Virus record (IMG/VR): IMGVR_UViG_3300019879_000001
Coordinates: 1-31,635 of that record
From: a virus
Lineage: Duplodnaviria > Caudoviricetes
Direction: 5' to 3' (one strand)
DNA: 31,635 bases
Numbering within the stretch: the stretch's first letter is position 1; every line of letters begins with the position of its first letter. The notes below the pieces were generated by a model. That model had not been told where the DNA came from. It ran no database searches and worked only from the letters and a program-made list of their open reading frames with translations. Below are positions 28,101 through 31,635 of this stretch, piece by piece. The translations under genes and the position numbers were made by a program.

Positions 28101-28102
28101 TC

Positions 28103-28123
28103 GGGGGCTTCGGCCCCCTTTTT
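28103..28123 (+). terminator. Intrinsic terminator with CUUCGG loop
   Basis: GGGGGC-TTCG-GCCCCC-TTTTT. Confidence 0.88.
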
Positions 28124-28137
28124 GCGAAGGATATATT

Positions 28138-28548
28138 ATGAAAGAGTACGAAGGCACCGAAGCCGATGCGATGGAAGACTGGGACGGCGCAGACGCCTAC
28201 ACCAACGAAGACGGGACATTCACCGCTAATCAGGAAGCCATGACCCTTAAACGGGAACTGATTGACCTGATGAAGCGCCCAAATGATTCTTTTCGGGGTG
28301 AAACTGTTGTCGCCTGCTATTCTGGTCGCGTGATTACAAAAGAGAGACAAACTGCATTAATTGAGTTGTATACTCTGGCGAAATCGGCTAAAGTTGGTTC
28401 GGTGATTAAGTGTCCTACGTGTGGCACCGAACACACAAAGACCACTTATCACAAAGTCTTTTGCTCTAACGGGAAGAAGACAAAGAAAGACTGTAAGACT
28501 AAATATCATAACACGATTCATCCAGAACGGCTTGAACGTGTATTTTAA
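28138..28548 (+). CDS. Hypothetical protein with C-terminal Zn finger
   Basis: SD AAGGA before ATG 28138; CPTCG...FCS...C...YHN. Confidence 0.72.
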   Translation: MKEYEGTEADAMEDWDGADAYTNEDGTFTANQEAMTLKRELIDLMKRPNDSFRGETVVACYSGRVITKERQTALIELYTLAKSAKVGSVIKCPTCGTEHTKTTYHKVFCSNGKKTKKDCKTKYHNTIHPERLERVF

Positions 28549-28566
28549 TCAAACGTGGAGTACGTT

Positions 28567-30003
28567 ATGACAACATTTGCAGAATTAAACAGTGTTTTAA
28601 CCGCAGTAGATTCATACAAAACAACGCACTGGCTTCAGTATCCAGAAGGGACTGATGGCGCAGTATTCTATATCGAGTCGCGTGGTGGCAAGTTTCAGGA
28701 AGTGGTGACCGGTGGTCCAAACTACATCGCCCGCTTACTGTCGCAGCCAGTGACCCGTAAACAGGTACTGTTCGCGCAACGTCTGTATAAAGCTCACTTC
28801 GGCAAAGACATTTTCAACCTGGACGGATGGTTGAAAATCGCGGAACTCGGATATCTTCCGGTTAAATTCTCTGCGATTCCTGAAGGTACTGTTGTGCCGG
28901 TTAAAAACATGGTGGCTCGCTTTGAAGCATTTGGCGAATACTCATGGCTCGCGGGCTGGCTGGAAACGCCAGGAGTACGCGGGATCTGGTATCCTTCAAC
29001 CGTTGCAACACTGTCCCGTGAATGTAAAAAGGTAATCAACCAATATCAGTCTATGACCTCGGATCTCCAGGGCGATGATTATGATTTTGTGTTAAAAACC
29101 CGCTTACACGATTTCGGGGCGCGTGGTGCAAGCTCTGCCGAATCTGCTGCTATCGGCGGTCTGGCACATCTCTATAACTTTATCGGAACCGATACCGTAG
29201 AAGGAATGATTCTGGCTATCTCGATGTTTGCGGATGCAGAATATCTCCTGGAAAACGAAAACGCTGCTATTGATGCTGCCGGGATCTCAATTCCTGCGCG
29301 TGAGCACTCTACTACGATTTCGTACGGTCGGGAAAACGAACAGGACGCCTATCTGAACAGCGTTAAGACCTTTGGTGACGGCGTTTACGCAAACGTCTAT
29401 GATTCCTGGTCGTTCAAAACTGCTGTTGCACGGATCATCGAGTATAAAGACCTGGTGATTCAAAAGGGCGGAACTCTGGTAATTCGTCCCGATTCTGGGG
29501 ATATGCTGGACAACATCATGTATGCGCTTACTAAGTTGGGGGAGATCTTCGGATACGAATACAACTCAAAAGGCTATAAGGTGTTGAGCAAACATGTTCG
29601 CATCATTCAGGGCGACGAGATTCACGGTCCTGAAACCATTGCGCGAGTTCTTAGCTGGATGGAGTCTCATAAGTGGGCTTCAGAGAACATCGCTTTCGGT
29701 ATGGGCGGCGGTCTCCTTCAGGAGGTAACCCGCGACACTCAGAAATACGCAATGAAGATGTCGGCAATCCGTGTTAACGGTGAGTGGAAAGGCGTCTACA
29801 AATGCCCAGAAGGGGCGGAGTGGAAGAAGTCCAAAGCCGGTCTGCTTGAAACCATCGTCAAAGACGGTGAGTATAAAACCATCAACTTGCTGGAAGACTT
29901 TATTCCCGAGGGCTGGGAACGTGCTCTGGTCACGTACTTCGACCACGGGGAAGTTAACGAGCAAGATAACCTACAGGTGATTCGTGAGCGTGCAGGGATT
30001 TAA
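28567..30003 (+). CDS. nadV: Nicotinamide phosphoribosyltransferase (NAMPT/NadV family)
   Basis: DSYK.THW.QYP, YIESRGG, WYPSTVAT.S, LHDFGARG, SIPA.EHS, LVIRPDSG, IIQGD, FGMGGGLLQ..TRDT; SD GGAG before ATG 28567. Confidence 0.9.
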   Translation: MTTFAELNSVLTAVDSYKTTHWLQYPEGTDGAVFYIESRGGKFQEVVTGGPNYIARLLSQPVTRKQVLFAQRLYKAHFGKDIFNLDGWLKIAELGYLPVKFSAIPEGTVVPVKNMVARFEAFGEYSWLAGWLETPGVRGIWYPSTVATLSRECKKVINQYQSMTSDLQGDDYDFVLKTRLHDFGARGASSAESAAIGGLAHLYNFIGTDTVEGMILAISMFADAEYLLENENAAIDAAGISIPAREHSTTISYGRENEQDAYLNSVKTFGDGVYANVYDSWSFKTAVARIIEYKDLVIQKGGTLVIRPDSGDMLDNIMYALTKLGEIFGYEYNSKGYKVLSKHVRIIQGDEIHGPETIARVLSWMESHKWASENIAFGMGGGLLQEVTRDTQKYAMKMSAIRVNGEWKGVYKCPEGAEWKKSKAGLLETIVKDGEYKTINLLEDFIPEGWERALVTYFDHGEVNEQDNLQVIRERAGI

Positions 30004-30295
30004 TATCCGCACCAGCGAAAAAGGCTCTGTAGTGTTTCACGGAGATAAGCCCCTTGTGTTATGCAGGGGGCTTTTTTGTAAGCTGGTGAAGCACTCCTTT
30101 AAGCTGGAAGGCGTAGAAAAGAGCGTACTCAAAGAACTGGTGAAGATTGCCTATGAAACAGATCATCTCGACCGCGATCACCGGATCGTATTTGACAGGA
30201 TTCATGAACTGGGCGAAAATCATTGTTTCGTGATCCATCGTGGTCACTCCTACGATTCAATAGCAAAGTTTGAACGAGACTTAGGGAAAATATGA
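29984..30295 (+). CDS. Possible hypothetical protein (start uncertain)
   Basis: Fills the gap and overlaps the dam start (ATGA), but contains a terminator-like hairpin. Confidence 0.4.
   Translation: MSVQGFNIRTSEKGSVVFHGDKPLVLCRGLFCKLVKHSFKLEGVEKSVLKELVKIAYETDHLDRDHRIVFDRIHELGENHCFVIHRGHSYDSIAKFERDLGKI
30047..30077 (+). terminator. Probable terminator after nadV
   Basis: AAGCCCCTTGT...GCAGGGGGC followed by a T6 run. Confidence 0.65.
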
Positions 30296-31152
30296 GTAAT
30301 TATCTGGGAGTCATTCCCTACACAGGAAACAAGCAAAGCCTCCTGAAAGACCTTCTGCCGATGTTTCCCGAGAAAGTCGGGACATTCTATGATGTTTTTT
30401 GTGGTGGCCTTAGCGTGTCTCTGAACGTCCCTTATCCGGTCGTTTCGATGGACATTGAAAAGCCTTTGGTCGATATGTATAACATGCTGCTGAATGAACC
30501 TGATATCAGCTTCGCGAATGAGATCATCGAAGAGTATCACATGACTCCCAGTAATGACGGTCCGTATTACTCGTTGAGGACTCATTACAACGATACCAAG
30601 GATCCGAAGGCTCTTTATGTCCTGCTGATGTTTGCATATTGCAATCTGTACCGGACCAATCTCAAAGGCGGGTTTAATGCCCCGTTCGGGAACAACCGTA
30701 ATCGCAGTGTAAGGGGTGGCTATAAGGATGTATGGCTTGAGCGGTTCAACCATATGCACCGGAAGAAAGAAACCGGCCTGACCATCATTAACGCGCCATA
30801 TCACGCAGCAACCCCTTTGCCTGGTGATTTCGTTTATTGTGATCCTCCGTATCTGATCACGGGTGCGCAGTATAACTCTAAATGGAAAGAAGAGAACGAA
30901 ATCCAGCTTTACAACTGGCTGGATGAACTCGACTCAAAAGGCGTTAAGTTTGGACTGTCCAACGTAATGGAACACGGCGGACGCAGCAATGATATCCTGA
31001 TCGAGTGGGCGAAAAAGTATGATGTTATCGACCTCGATAAGCGATACATGCTGAAGCAGATCCAAGGAAAGGAAAACGAAAAGACGCGGGAAGTTTACGT
31101 GTGTAATACCGGCGTAAATAGTAACCCGTATAACTTAGAAGACTTTATGTAG
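30292..31152 (+). CDS. dam: DNA adenine methyltransferase (Dam / D12 class)
   Basis: YTGNKQSLL, DVFCGGLSVSLN, R.N..G.FN.PFG, VYCDPPY. Confidence 0.92.
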   Translation: MSNYLGVIPYTGNKQSLLKDLLPMFPEKVGTFYDVFCGGLSVSLNVPYPVVSMDIEKPLVDMYNMLLNEPDISFANEIIEEYHMTPSNDGPYYSLRTHYNDTKDPKALYVLLMFAYCNLYRTNLKGGFNAPFGNNRNRSVRGGYKDVWLERFNHMHRKKETGLTIINAPYHAATPLPGDFVYCDPPYLITGAQYNSKWKEENEIQLYNWLDELDSKGVKFGLSNVMEHGGRSNDILIEWAKKYDVIDLDKRYMLKQIQGKENEKTREVYVCNTGVNSNPYNLEDFM

Positions 31153-31159
31153 GTAAATC

Positions 31160-31432
31160 ATGTTTACAGTATATGGCTATGAGCCAAGTGTTTTTAATTG
31201 CCCTCCGTGCATTAACTCAAAACGTCTGCTCGATGCACGTCATCAAAAATACGACTTCGTGTCTGTAGCGAAAAGCAACGACCCGACCGGCGCTCCTGTT
31301 CTGGATGATCAGGTAGTCGATAAGCTGGCCTCTCTTCTGGGTACGCGTCGAATGACCATGCCTCAGATTTTCCACGACGGGAAACACGTAGGCGGCTTCG
31401 ACCAGCTTCGCGAGTACGTTCGCACCCTGTGA
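31160..31432 (+). CDS. nrdC: Phage glutaredoxin (T4 'thioredoxin')
   Basis: MF.VYGY, CPPC active site, TMPQIF, GGFDQLREY. Confidence 0.9.
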   Translation: MFTVYGYEPSVFNCPPCINSKRLLDARHQKYDFVSVAKSNDPTGAPVLDDQVVDKLASLLGTRRMTMPQIFHDGKHVGGFDQLREYVRTL

Positions 31433-31468
31433 TAAATAAAGACACCTAAACTTGAATGGTGTCGTTAT
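31431..31468 (+). promoter_or_regulatory. Late promoter plus RBS-sequestering hairpin of gene 49
   Basis: GATAAATA 31431-31438; ATAA-a-GACACC...GGTGTC-g-TTAT stem covers the SD and the start of the ATG. Confidence 0.7.
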
Positions 31469-31635
31469 GTTAACTACTCGAATCACAAAGAAATCCTATC
31501 CCGACCTCAAAAAGGCGCTGTTCATTGAACAAGACGGCCTGTGTGCTATCTGCAAGCGCCCTTTAGAGGGAGATATCAATAAGCATCACCTTGACCATGA
31601 CCATGCTCTGACTGGCCCAAACGCCGGTCGTGTTC
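31467..31635 (+). CDS. 49: Recombination endonuclease VII (3'-truncated by window; not in ORF track)
   Basis: MLTTRITKK...EQDGLCAICKRPL...HHLDHDHALTGPNAGRV matches T4 gp49 (Q.G.C.IC...HLDHDH.L.GP.AG.V). Confidence 0.92.
   Translation, partial: MLTTRITKKSYPDLKKALFIEQDGLCAICKRPLEGDINKHHLDHDHALTGPNAGRV

Noticed and set aside
28027-28137. 5' extension of the Zn-finger ORF
   Set aside because: Crosses the upstream gene and a terminator; good SD + ATG at 28138

Overview
Segment of a T4-like (Straboviridae) phage genome. Sigma70-type early promoters, relaxed TAAATA late promoters and the gene order suggest a pseudo-T-even type such as RB43/RB16 (inference, no search run). Bases 1-16172 hold the conserved morphogenesis block: wac, 13, 14, a free-standing HNH homing endonuclease, 15, 16, 17, 18, 19, 20, 67, 68, 21, 22, 23, 24. 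A ~200-bp imperfect palindrome follows gene 24. After it, the uvsY-uvsW-inh-hoc-rnlB block is inverted relative to T4 and expanded with accessory genes: HAD phosphatases, a P-loop kinase, a degenerate PolB-like protein, an ART-fold protein and, after rnlB, a SLOG/DprA-like protein and NAMPT. The window ends with dam, nrdC and the 5' part of gene 49. Most unusual signals: a truncated PolB-core protein lacking the motif-A Asp; a structured ~200-nt non-coding unit between uvsY.-2 and uvsW.1; a minimal Hoc with an Ig domain in the -1 frame; gene 15 apparently starting at ATT in frame with the homing endonuclease; a convergent active/inactive HAD paralog pair; and a cluster of NAD+ and nucleic-acid-end-processing genes. 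All homology calls come from motif recognition by eye.
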